Shown here piece after piece: positions 1 to 34,265 of a stretch of 64,000 nt of DNA (positions are counted from its first letter, which is position 1; each line of letters starts with the position of its first letter). This DNA comes from Lingula anatina (taxonomy: Eukaryota > Animalia > Brachiopoda). The notes beneath the pieces were generated by a model, which was not told where the DNA came from, did no database searches, and worked only from the letters and a program-made list of their open reading frames with translations. The DNA lies in NCBI GenBank assembly GCA_051362555.1, contig CM120644.1, positions 13,724,567 through 13,788,566 on the forward strand, given 5' to 3'. The position numbers and the translations under genes are program-made.

Positions 1-3000
1 AATAAACCTAATTAAGTCAACAACAGGGTTGTGTATCCAATATGATAGGTAAACATTTACAGGCTATTTTTATGTACGATTTGCCAGCAGAATATTAATG
101 TGGTGATTTGCTTTAATTTTTGGTATTGTTTGCCTGGTACAGCTGTGTTTGAGCTTTCATATGTGCATCGGGAAAGTTGATGATGTTTCTGATTCAGCGT
201 TTGTCTGTCTATCCAAATTAGGTGCATGTATTTGTCTCTCGTTCTGTCTTTACACCTGTCTAAATGTCTGTCTAATAAGTTAGAGTAATAACATGGAGTA
301 CTAGTACATTCTTTGTCTACTTGTCTGTCTATCTAAAAAATACATCTAGGCTTAAATTATTTACAATTATCTGGGAGTATAATATTTATGTACAGAAGTT
401 ATGTGTGACTTTGAAGGGGGAGGTTGCCAGAACAGCCAACTTTATGGACCGCATGCCGTACTTATGTTACAGCTACACAGATAAGTGTGTAAGACATAGG
501 TTGACACTTCAGATGGTCATTTATCACGATAACACTGTCCCGATAACAAAATGTTTACTTGCCTGGTTACCTGTGATTGTCTGCAATAAAGGTTATTACA
601 CTGCTACGCAGATTCATTGGCATTGCTCGTTGTCACACTCGGCATAATGTGACACCTACCACAGTAGAAAAAATTAATCGCAATATATGAGGGCACAAAT
701 GAAAAATATTGTGTGGTGTTAGAGTGGTTTTTCATGTTTAACCTGTGAATAGGAATTGTTGTTGGTGCATAGATGCTAATAAAATCTGGTATGCTAAAGA
801 TATTGAGACTTAAAGTTATTGCTCCTTAAATTTAATTTCTATAGCTACTGTAACATTTGTGTAATTTCTTCTTATGACTCGGTTCTTGGGTGAGATTTAT
901 GGTGATTTGAAGGTAATAATACTTTATGAAAACATTTATAAGTGAAGTGGAAAAAAAAAGAATATATGCATTATGAATATTTAGGGGGTTGATGAGGCAT
1001 TCACATAGTTGTACTTCTACCTTTACATCTTACTGTGATTGAAACCTTATTTTTTATTATTTATCAGCAAACCTCATCCAATTTTAGCCTCATATTTCTG
1101 CAACTTGTTCCAGAACCAGTTACAGAGTAATCACATAGAGAGATAAAATGTTATGAACAAAACAGCAGTTTTTTTCCCAGAATAACCCATTTGATATTTG
1201 ACATTTACTACCTATGCAGGTATTTTCAGACCCAAAACAAAGAGGTCGTGAATGAAGATAAAATGTTTCAACCCAAACCGCAATTATCACCAGAATAACC
1301 CAACGCATCAAATTTTATTCCACCAACAACCACTCTACCCACATGATAACCTCGATAGATAATTACCAGTCAATAAAAACCCTGCTAACAAAAAAGCAAG
1401 CACACCGCTTCATTGTAAGGCAGTGCTGGGGGCGTGTACTAAAGACCACTAATGGTAGATTGGTATTATGTGAGCATAAAAATATGGCGGTTTGCCCCTG
1501 CATTTAATGGGGTGTGTAATCGCAGTACAGAAAGAAGTCTTTGTGGCATACTCCCCTGTGGAGTTGTGCTTACCCAATAAAGAATAAAACTGTCAGGGGT
1601 ACGGGCACGGGTGTTATTTTTACAAGTTAAGTCTAGGGATTAGCGATGAAGTTTGAATCTTTTTTTTTCGTCCTGAAATGTCCCGTCAGAGGGACCAGAC
1701 ACGTTTTGGCATAATATGAAAAAGAAAAGTTTTTTTTTTTACTTCATTAGTTGAGGAATAAAAAAGGGGTACTATGTAGGCACCCTTTGCTAATTTTGTG
1801 GAAGATGACAATTTTTCAAATGGAGACAGCTTCTCCCTCCCTGTTTGGACATTTAAATAGGCCAGGGTTCCGATTAGAATACTCAGCTTAAAAAATAAAC
1901 CTTTCTTTCATCCCATACTAATATGGGTGCCAGAAGGAGACAGGATGGCCTGTATTGTATAGGGTAGTTTGTGAGTAATCAGAGTACTATTGGAAAATAA
2001 GGGGTTACAGAGTGCAGAGGTCATCTGGTGCTCTGGCACATCATTGCTGAAACATGTGGAGACCATGTGCATTTTTATTATTTCCCTCATTTTAATTAGA
2101 TGATCTATCATACAAATTTAATTTGGCAGAGGAAGATCTTATCATGGTCATATTCCTTCTTGTTTTTTATGCAGTTCTACTTTTTTATATTTTGCTAATT
2201 TCTTTTGCTTTTAATTATTTTTTGGACTACTTTTTCTTCAAGTGTGCCTGTAGAGACTTATGATTAGGCTGCTGCATATGGCAATTTTCTACTATTTCTT
2301 GGGATGTTAAGAGTTGACATTTTCATAGAAAAGATGCGTGAAGCAGGGAGATAAAACGCTGGAATAGTTCTTTGTCAGTTTTTTAAAATAAAATTTATTG
2401 AAAATATCAAGTCTGGGTTTTTATCATAGAAATACATACAATTAGTGCTTGAAGCAAATATTGAAAATTACATTTGTATGTGGGTGAGCAGGTTTGCATG
2501 TGAGACCACGATTACAATGAGGTCACAATTACATGCGTGCATAGCAGTCATTTGCAATAATTACTCCAATTACCTTTTCTGTATTGATATAATTATCAAC
2601 TGATCACAGTTAATTGCCAATAATTAGCAATTAATTTCAGAACCCAGTAGTATGCAGGTTCCATAATTTCTTCATGTTAACTTGTCATTTACTAAGTGCT
2701 TCACCTGCATATGTTTGATGGCAAATATGATGTTAGCACAACATATCATCTTTAAAGATATCATGTAGAATATCTGGTATAGTAATTGTCAGAATTGTTT
2801 GCAAAAATATATGTGAACAGTATAGCATAAAAATTGGCTCGAAATGAGTGGCATTCATTTTATCAAAATTCACAGCAAACTACTCAAAGTGAATGCCATT
2901 TCTTTAATTTAAACAAAGATGGTATTTTAAACAAATACACAAATATGTGTAATACATATAAAATAAACCGTGCTCCACATGTGGATCTCATTTAAATGTA

Positions 3001-3061
3001 TAGTATAATATGTATAGTTTTAATGTTGGCCTTGCCTAATTCTTCACTCTTTACCTTCCAG

Positions 3062-24521
<21,460 letters not shown>

Positions 24522-27500
24522 GAATGCTGGGAAATATATGAATCTCAGGTGGATGTAAGCAGTATATGATTTCTCTTAAAAATAAATGGGCTTTTGAGAA
24601 GATGACACTTTGAAAAGTGAATAAGATGAAGAAATTATTGCACCAGCTGCTTTCTCTACTTTATAGTCAGGGTAATCCAAGCCCTATGCATTCCAAAGAC
24701 TGAAAAAGTGTCATACACATCTTGATAGGTCATCCTCGAAAAACATGGCACTACCATGAATTTTCTTCCATCTTTTGAAAAAGCGTGGGCGTTATAGATG
24801 AGAATTTCCTGTTCAAAGACGGAAAACTAATTTTTATGTTCACACAATTCTGAAAAGGGACAGAGGTTCTTTGGATGGATGGAGTTTGTGATGTGATACC
24901 TCAATCAAGTGCCTTTACTGATCATTCTCCAGAATGTTCATACTATGCATGTTAATTGGAAATGATTCCAAACTGGACAAGACTGTGCACAGTGCCACTT
25001 TTTATCTGTTTATATATTTATTTATTTTATCAATATTATTATCATCTTTATTATTATTATTTACAATTTAGTGCAGTTGTGGAAAGTTTCACGAAGTGTC
25101 TAAAGCGAAAATTTCACCCTAATGAGATATATATATATATGAGAAGAACTGTATTGTCACAGAAGCATTGGAAAACGGGAAGAGGATTTCTTCTGTGAAT
25201 ATGATATGCAAGCTGTAAAGAGGTGTATGTCTGCACCGGCTTTCATATCAAGAAAATAAGAAGATAGATGGTTTTGTATGCATAAACTACTTATTCTTCA
25301 GTGAGGCAGCAATGAAGTAAAATGAAATTGCAAGTGGAGGGAACACTTGCATCCAGTATCTGATAATCAAAATATCGAGAGGATGAACGTGAGTCAAGAT
25401 GTTAACTGGTGGATGCTGTTCAAATGAGAAATGTTATTATATAAATCAATCTGTTCAGGAAATGCATTTGGGTAATGTTATTGTTAGGGCTGTCTTGAAA
25501 TAAGAACCCTTGTAACGTCTGCTGCTGTTATTTGAAAAGATTGATAACGTAGATGCAAACTGACTTTTGGCATTTTTGTAAGCAGTGGCTTTTTTAAGGC
25601 ATTTAAAGTAGAATCTTGTGTTACAAAGCTTTAAATTAGAACAGTTTTCTCATTAGGTAATACATATGTACATATATGCATTTGATAATCATTTTGTACA
25701 TAAAAGTCGGTTATATGAAATACAGAGATGACACAAAAGATCTGAAATTAAATAGAGAAAAGAATAATATAAGATGCATCACTTCATTCATGATATAACA
25801 TATTGTGATTAATATTGTATACATGTTGCATTTTATGATAACTTTTCAGCCAATTATCTCATTCATATTTGTACAGGGAGGCTTTAGTGTTTTAGATGCC
25901 ATTTTTTATCACCTGTTATATGCACAAATTGTATTATTTTACATAGAGCTGTGAGGACCATGTAGAAGTTTGTAGAAATATTGAGTGGCCTTATTTTCCT
26001 GAATGTGGACGAGGAGATTTGTTGTTTATCTTTTAAAAATAGGTATTCAAGAAATGGAAATATTTATTTATTAATTACAACAAACATCTAGAGTTGAGTG
26101 CCATCTTTGATCCAAGTGAATTAAAATATTATAATTATCATTGTTATTAACTTTTGGAAACCATGGTTTTAGGGGTCACCTAAAAAAAGCATTGGTTCAG
26201 TGAAAATGACACTGATTTTAAATGCAGAATAGAAAACTTATGATTCATCCTTTGATTTTTCTTCTGCAAAACCTAGTTCTACTCTTTTTCTGGTTACATA
26301 TTTGAAATGATGATTAATTCAAAGGTGGAGATTCTTCAAAATGTGGGTGGTATATTTTTAATTATTTACTTGTATGTATATCTACATTGCATATCAGGTA
26401 GAGCTTTTGATATTTGTTGCCAATAGAACAATCATTGTTTATTAGTTTGTAAACCATTTAAAATTACAATGTTTTTGCACAAAGTTCCGTGTAAGTATAT
26501 ATAATGGATTTAGTTTTCAACTGCTTAGGTTTTTAAACTTATACATAAGATGACTGATAAGTATTTGCATATCAGAATCTATTTATTCATAGCTACCCAA
26601 TATTTTGTTTTTAACATTCAGGATTTGTATAATACAAGAAGGGTAAACAATTTTTATGATCAAACAAATAGAACAAATATTTATGTATTCCTTTCCCGAA
26701 AGTGGCAAGGATAGTCACCAAAGGACCTTTTTTTAATTGGCTGAAAGCTTCACAGACCCGCACTGTATATAATTACTGCACGTCATTGGTCACTGTATAT
26801 AGAAAAGCAGAAAATCAAAACTAGTTTCTCATGTTGTTTAGATGTTTATTACACTGTTTTCTTACTGCACTATTTAATTGAGCTCAATATTGAGGACAAT
26901 CACAACGAATCATTATGCAAATTGATAAATCACGTGTCAGTCATGTGATATTGGAAAATTGTTCAACTGCCCAGCTAAACCAAAGATCAAGATGATGAAT
27001 TTGCTTGACAATCAAATGTTTGTTAGTATCGTGTTAGTGTACAAAGTGATATAAAGAATTATAGAGAGTTCATAAGATGAGTTTGCAATCAGTTGTATAT
27101 ACAGTACTATTAAAGTAGATCTAGTCATTTATGTGTCTTTCTGTACTTGGATAATGGAAGTATATTTTCTGTTAAGGATGTTTCCTTTCATATAATAAGC
27201 TACAGTTAACCAGTAAGTAATATTATTCGATATTTTTGTCTGGAATTAGTTTTACATTCAGCCTTCTAATAATGTTCACTTGATTGAATAGTGAAATATT
27301 ATTTATTATTTTGCTACATTATGCTCCAATCAACTACATTGTATTGTAAAACAGACTAATGTCAGTAAGCAATACTACCATTATTTTATACAAAAAGTTC
27401 CTCTCTTTTCTGTAACGCCACCTTCGTATGATCTGTGTATATAATCTTGTAAATGCTGGAAACCCAAAGAAACCAAAATAAAGGAATTTAATAAGGACTG

Positions 27501-27947
27501 TTGTTTCCAGTTATGTGTCTTACACCCAAACCCAATATAGAGTTGCATTTCACATGCTAAGGTATCAAAACATAACAATTGAATGAATTCGAAGTTGTAT
27601 TCAACATATATTGTGACTGTCAAATTTGTAAATTCTTGCGGCATGAATGGAATAATAGTGGCTTTCAGCGGTCGCTGTTGGAAATAACCATACAAATTAT
27701 CAAATGCAAGAAAGGATGCCTGCCAAAAGTGAACATGTATGACGTACATGTTTTGGCAACCTTTTTGAACACTTTGATGGAGCCGCATCTATTCATGGCA
27801 AGTTTGTCTAAAAACGACAAAAATTTTTCTATAGAGCATACTATTTTCTGTTGAAGTACTTATTATGTAACGTTACTGACATGCGAAAAGAGCTTTATAT
27901 ATGGAAGACGAGACATATCCGGACAAAAAAATTCAAACCCCTACTAG

Positions 27948-28162
27948 GGCTGTATTCCCAGAGCTTTTAGATCGATCTATCCCCGCGGGGAGTCTCACTA
28001 GATTACTGTCAGATAATTCGGCTTAAATGTCCGTCCCGCCTACTACAAGCTGTAAGGGGGCAATTAACTTTTGTGTCCGCTCGGCTGACAGCTATTTAGC
28101 GTGAACCCCCAGGTAGTTGGGTCGATCTAAAGTAGATCGATCTAATCTCTGGAAATGGGGTC
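27948..28162. mobile_element. Palindromic MITE (GATCGATC family A), PIF/Harbinger-like
   Basis: Interior closely similar to 43174-43398 and 51934-52159; ends GGCTGTATTCCCA / TGGAAATGGGGTC; CTA(G) duplicated on both flanks. Confidence 0.85.
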
Positions 28163-29358
28163 CTAGACACCTAACTGTAAGCTTGAGCAGATTTGTCCTT
28201 TTTTAATGCCTATATTTAACATGAATCAGCAGGTAAATATTACCCCAACATTTAAGAATGATTCCCAGAAATTAATTGGAGAAAAAAATCAATGGCAATT
28301 TGGTTCTTGTAAGTTACAGCGAATGATATGACAATGAGTGTATTTTCACTGACCTGAAAAACGTCTGAAAGGTGTTGCATTTGACTTTGAACAATGAATA
28401 ATACATAGTTTGTTTTAGGGAAGCGCGTATTGTACCACGTGTGAAAAGAGGTTGGTATATATGATGGGAGATATTTCAATTAGAACATACAAAAACCTAG
28501 ACACCGCAAGCTTGGGCAAGCTTCAGTCGATCAGTAGTAAAATTTGCTGGTTCTTTTTTCAATGCCTGCATTTACCATTGATCGGTAGGTTTATGTCACC
28601 TCAACATTAAGTACAGAAAAAATCAATGACATTTTGGTTCCTGTATATTAGAGTGAATTGTAAAACGACGAGTTTATTTTTACTGAAATGAAAAACGTTG
28701 GAAATGCAGTATGACCATTGAATAACACAAAGGTTTTATGTAACCAGCCTTTAACCGTCTTTAACTGCTGATTTTAAAATAAAAATATTCAAAGACAACT
28801 TGCTTTTTTATCATAAGCTGTTATGATATTATGATGTAATGTTGTTGACCATCCAATAATTTTTAGAAGAGTTGTGTATTCTTACTACTCTTTTATCGTA
28901 GTATGGCTTACCTAAAAAATAACTAATTTCTCTATAAATAAAGAATGTGTTTTCCCTGCAAATATCCATTAGTTGTTGCCGGACATTGTATCTTTTTTCA
29001 TTTAACGCTCTTCAGGAAAGCCATATTAAGGGTATACAATATTGATAAATATTGTTTAAAGAGAGGCGAATCTGAAACAGGGCCTGTAGACAATTTTTTT
29101 TTTTTGAAAATTCCTCTGTTACAAGAAGTCAGCCTTTGTGGCTTCTGGTAAACCTCAAGCTGTAAGACTATAATTTTCATGTAGATAAAAAACAAGACAG
29201 TAAACCACAACAATTCCTAATTTTGTTATTCATCCCAAGAGAAGTGTAAAAAGACTTACAGTACTCTTTCCAGAGGTCATTTGGATGATGGCATCTTTTA
29301 TTTTTCAAAATTTTCCGATGGTCTCAAAGCAGAAACAGAAATAGACAGAGTTGTATCT

Positions 29359-29526
29359 CAGGAGCGGATTGAGGCCGTCTTCTGGGTTTTCTGGAAGACG
29401 CTCAGATTTTCAAGTTTACATTGACAAGTATCTGATTTTTTCTGTTGGAAGACGGTCAAAAATGAAGGATGGATCATCAAAGATAATTTGGAAGACTGTC
29501 AGAAAATATCTCTGGTTCTGCCCCTG
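29359..29526. mobile_element. hAT-like MITE with 6-bp TSD
   Basis: TIRs CAGGAGCGGA / TCTGCCCCTG flanked by GTATCT on both sides; second copy at 57201-57347. Confidence 0.7.
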
Positions 29527-31130
29527 GTATCTGTGGACATATGGCGAAAAACATTTCTTTGCCCCAAGCAGAAGTTAGTAATTCGGTCCTGAATCTCAAG
29601 TCTTGCAACTTGTGGGTAAAAAACTTTGAAATACACACCTGTACGTTTTGGATTAAGTGACCAATTTTGATCATTCAGCTAAGTAGAGCGTTAAAATCCA
29701 AAGTAAACAATGGAACAAACAATCCGTTGGCGATTTCTATTTGTCTACCACATTACCATGAAGCGTCTACTATTACTTTTTTTCCTAATGTAGAATCAAT
29801 CCATACCTCGTAGCTAATAGCGCCAACTAACGAATGGGAGTGGTGTGATACATTCCGGTACACATTACAATATGATCGATACGGCATTTAGTAGCGGTAG
29901 TTAAGTACCAGAACTGGCTATAGCCTGAAGACTTTGGAGAGGACTTGTCACAGAAGCAACCAGGAATGTACGAGATGAAAAGGTGAGTTTTGCTTTTGCT
30001 TAAGATGTGATTTTGGTGGAGGATGCGACACCGATAAGACAACGTGAGACAACGATATATGCCAGAATACCTCGAGCGTCCACGTCTTCAAGACATACAT
30101 CGCGAGAGGGTGGCAGTGTATTATTTGACAGATATACCGAAAGTACCGCATGTCACAGAACACGCCTCAAACTCGGTATGTAGCACAAGTAGCTCTTGAT
30201 GTCTTTCTATTTGTTTTGGAGTCAGGAAAAGGCATTTTTATGTAGTTTTCCCGGAAAGCTAAACACTTTTCCTTGAATACCAAGGTACACCAGAAGCTTT
30301 GACAAAAAATGACCTAAAAAGACGTTTTTGTTTTCTGGAAGTCTAATTTTAGTCACTTTCGTAAAAGAGACTGTCAAAGTTCATTAATAAATATGAAAGG
30401 AAAAAAAAAGGAAATCGAAAAAGAGATTAAATATTCTCAACTGTTTTGCAAAGAACATACGGGGGTGATTGTGGGGAAACCACGTTGAAATTTTCAGGAA
30501 TTTTCATCTATCTTTGTTTATGTTTTACATTACAAAGATCTGAAACGAGCTGTTTGTTAAACCGGTACGACCATGAAGTAAGCACACTATTTCTTTCTTC
30601 TTTTTTGTGCGTTGTAGACCAATTACACGTGAGAAACTTGAAAATAGGATTAAATGGGATGTCGTCAGCATGGCGAAAATATTAAAAAAAATAGGTGTTC
30701 TTCCACAAATGGGGTAATTTGAACTCCTTTGTCAATCAATGTTTAACTGATGAATGAATGAAGTAAAATTTTCTCCTATGGCAGATGATGAAATTCTTTT
30801 CTGTCCACTGTCAATCGTTTCCATTTATTTGCAGCATTCATTGAAAATCCATTGTGTTGAACCCGAGCGCCTACATCGTCAACTGTTTATTTTCAAAAAT
30901 GACACAGATATGCAAACCATTGCTTTCAAAGATTTTACAGTTTTCGTTAAAAATTTATCATCTACATAACTGCCATCTTGATCGTGAGTACATCCACATG
31001 CCTATTGTATTTAAGAAATGGACCAGGTAAATGGAGAAATCGATATAGGCATTTAAGCCTGTTTATCAAACTTTAGCAAGCAGCTTGTAATTGTGATTCT
31101 TTCGTGATTCATCTGAAGCGTATTGATTGT

Positions 31131-31132
<2 letters not shown>

Positions 31133-31164
<32 letters not shown>
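31133..31164. repeat. (TC)n microsatellite
   Basis: Direct observation. Confidence 0.9.
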
Positions 31165-31167
<3 letters not shown>

Positions 31168-32433
31168 ATGATAATCAAAGATTGGGTTACCCGCATGCCA
31201 TTTGTGCGGTTTACGGTCATTTTTTGAATGGGACAACAAAGGAGTTTATGGTCTAACTTTTTTCTGTTTGTTTTTTCATGTTTCTTAGTTGACAAGGTAT
31301 CTCAAAAGTTCTTCACAAAAGTAAAGAAGTTATTCAGACCGGAAAGAAGTTCCTATAATTCTAACCGAATCCAGGTCCCACATTCAAATGGCGTTTCATT
31401 GCATGTTTTTTCCTTGCTGAGGGTCTGCGCTCGTGGACCACATTGTATTTTTGGTTGCTTATTATTTCAGTTCCGTGAGCAACGGCGAAAAACACAAAGA
31501 AGAGGGCGAAAACGAGACTAAAGTTGCGCTTACTACCTTCGCAACATCAACGTCCGCACACGGATTCGCACGAGCCGCCCAGAGCCGCCATCTGGTGGTG
31601 AAAGTATTCTGGATACTGCTGATTTTGACGGGATTCGTAATCGCCACGATTCAGATCAATTACAGGTTTTCGTCTTACTTACGACGCGACACCACTACAA
31701 AGATCACCAAGATTTTTGCCAAAAGTCTCAACTTCCCCGCTGTTACCATTTGCAATGCCAACAAGTAAGTAATACATAATTGCACCAGTATGCAGAGGCA
31801 AATTTTACAAACGACAGCACTGTAATTTAATTGTCAATTGTAATTCAATTTTTAAAGATCTAAAATACGACTTGTTAAACGCCAGTGGTTGATCTAGAAG
31901 TCACAAAGTCGTGTTTTCTCTGACTTTGTACTCGTATTTCTTGTCAATTCATTTAATTAATCTCTTTTAATCGAGATATGATGTTTTTCAAAACATTGTT
32001 AAAACATTAAAATACCTTATATTGTGTTTCGTTGTGCATATTAAACACCCATAACTTTACCTGCACACTGGCCTGTATTTTAATACATTAAAATGTAAAA
32101 AAAACGATCAAATTTAATGAATGTTGCAATTTAAGGTATATGAGCCACCGACTCACACGGACAGACATTAAATTTCTGGAAACCGCCAAGGCTTACATGT
32201 CAACCGATTACGACATGCCTGATGACCAAGATAATGACGGACATTTTACGTCCTCCACCACCAACAATGCTGAAGATGGTGAAATGTCGATGAGTGATAT
32301 GGATAATATGATGAGGAGCATGTATCCAAGGGGTTTCCAGTTGTCCGAATTCACTCTCGAGAAGGGGTGGTATCTGAATGCTTCCAACGCCATTTGTACT
32401 TTCAGAGGACGACCTTGCAATTGGACAACGGTA

Positions 32434-32466
<33 letters not shown>

Positions 32467-32526
32467 GTTGATTGCAGTTGCCTCACAGTTTGTGTTGGTA
32501 CATGTAATTACACTGCCATCCGTCCA

Positions 32527-32582
<56 letters not shown>

Positions 32583-32642
32583 GTTGATTGCAGTTGTCTC
32601 ACAGTTTGTGTTGGTACATGTAATTACACGGCCATCCGTCCA

Positions 32643-32689
<47 letters not shown>

Positions 32690-32826
32690 GTTGGTGGTGA
32701 TGATGATGGTGGTGATGATGATGATGGTGGTGATGAGGATGGTAATGGTGATGATGATGATGATGATGGTGGTGATGATGATGATGGTGGTGATGGTGAT
32801 GGTGATGATGATGATGGTGATGGTGT
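32434..32826. repeat. Composite (TAT)n arrays with a duplicated ~63-bp spacer, followed by (TGA/TGG)n
   Basis: Three ATT arrays separated by two copies of ACGTTGATTGCAGTTG...CCATCCGTCCAA, then a GAT/GGT triplet tract. This produces the spurious poly-Y/I/L/H ORFs. Confidence 0.9.
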
Positions 32827-33537
32827 GAGTGATGGCTGTATAGTGAAATTTTGGGTGGTATGAAACAGCAATACTTTCTACATAGCTGCCAAATGTCCTT
32901 CCAGGATTTCAACCACGTTTTTACAGCATTCGGGAACTGCTTCACTTTTAATGCTAACAACGACGCTTTCCAAGATCAACCTGGCGCCAAAAACGGACTC
33001 AGTCTCGAAATAAATATTGAACAGGTAAGAGAATATTTTATATGATTGAATCCAAACTGGGAGATGAACATTTGAGATTATAAATTAATGTAAACTATAT
33101 TTCATGAATTTTGCTTTAGTGAAAGGCAGATTGTTAAAACTTAAGAAAATATTCATTTTTATATTTTAATTCCGGCTGGAATTTTTTTTTTCATTTCTTT
33201 TTTTAAATTTTCCTTGGATTATTGACCAAAAGGACCTTCTCAGATAATTTGCTTAATTTTCCTGCATCCATTTCAGCAATACTATAGCAACCGCCTGCAA
33301 CTCTGTCGAGACGGACGGAAGAGCAGTTCCGCCAGGTTTCCACGCCTACGTTGGGCTTACCAGGACAGACGTGAGTCGTTGCTGTGCACGTGGATCCACT
33401 TTTTTAGCAGTTATTTAGACACAAGCTTAATTATGTCCACCTTTGAAACCAACTCCTGTTTCACAAAAAGACGTACAGTGTATGATAGTTTGCAAGCTGA
33501 AATCTTAGCCGACTTAGCTGCATGTAAAAATACCTTT

Positions 33538-33798
33538 GGGGAACGTTTCCATACCCTATATCTTAGGCCTACTGGCTGGATCGATGTAACCCCCGGGAAT
33601 TCTCGCTAAATTGCATTCAGATTAAGCGGCTTTAAAACTTAAATTAATTTGGTGAAGTTGGTCCATGATGTTCTTTATTTTGCTTTGCAAGGGGGCGTGT
33701 CCGACAATTGAGCTGATTACATTGACTCTGGCTGAGCAAGAATCCCCGCTGAGATAAATCGATCCTGCTAGTATGATAAGGCTAAGGGGACGCAGTCT
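33538..33798. mobile_element. Degenerate MITE (family B)
   Basis: TTCCATACC, TTCTCGCTAAATTGC, TTAAGCGGC and GCAAGAATCCCC...ATCGATCC are shared with the 13605 and 36293 copies. Confidence 0.65.
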
Positions 33799-34187
33799 CT
33801 TTATTGGTTTTATAATTTAAAGTTTATTGTCAATTTTCTTTTAAACATACTTTGTACAACTTCAACCTAAGGGTTGGAATTTTACCTAATAAACTATTAT
33901 TATTGTTTTAAAACGACTGGCTTTTGACCATCTCAGCACTTTTTTTTTAAATCATTTTTTAGTCGTATTCGATAGACCCCCCATACGGTCTGTGTAACAA
34001 GTCCGCTGAACTGGTCAATTTTCCGGACTATTCCGTGGCCGCCTGTGTACTGGAGTGTAAAGAGCAACACATGCTGAGAGAGTGTGGATGCGAACTCTTT
34101 GAATACGAGGGTAATGTCGTTATATTAGTACAGCACCGTTTTGTTTGTTTTGTTGTTAATTTCTCTTCCTTCCGTAAATTATACTGT

Positions 34188-34191
<4 letters not shown>

Positions 34192-34261
<70 letters not shown>
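34192..34261. repeat. (TC)n microsatellite
   Basis: Direct observation. Confidence 0.95.

Positions 34262-34265
<4 letters not shown>

Noticed and set aside
27381-27860. Minus-strand hydrophobic stretch (…IPLFWFLWVSSIYKIIYTDHTKVAL) faintly like an ionotropic-receptor M2-M3 segment
   Set aside because: Short, interrupted by stops, no supporting exons or ligand-binding domain; likely chance.
32140-32960. Poly-Tyr/Ile/Leu and poly-His/Asn ORFs
   Set aside because: Read-through of a real exon (to 32430) into intronic triplet microsatellites.
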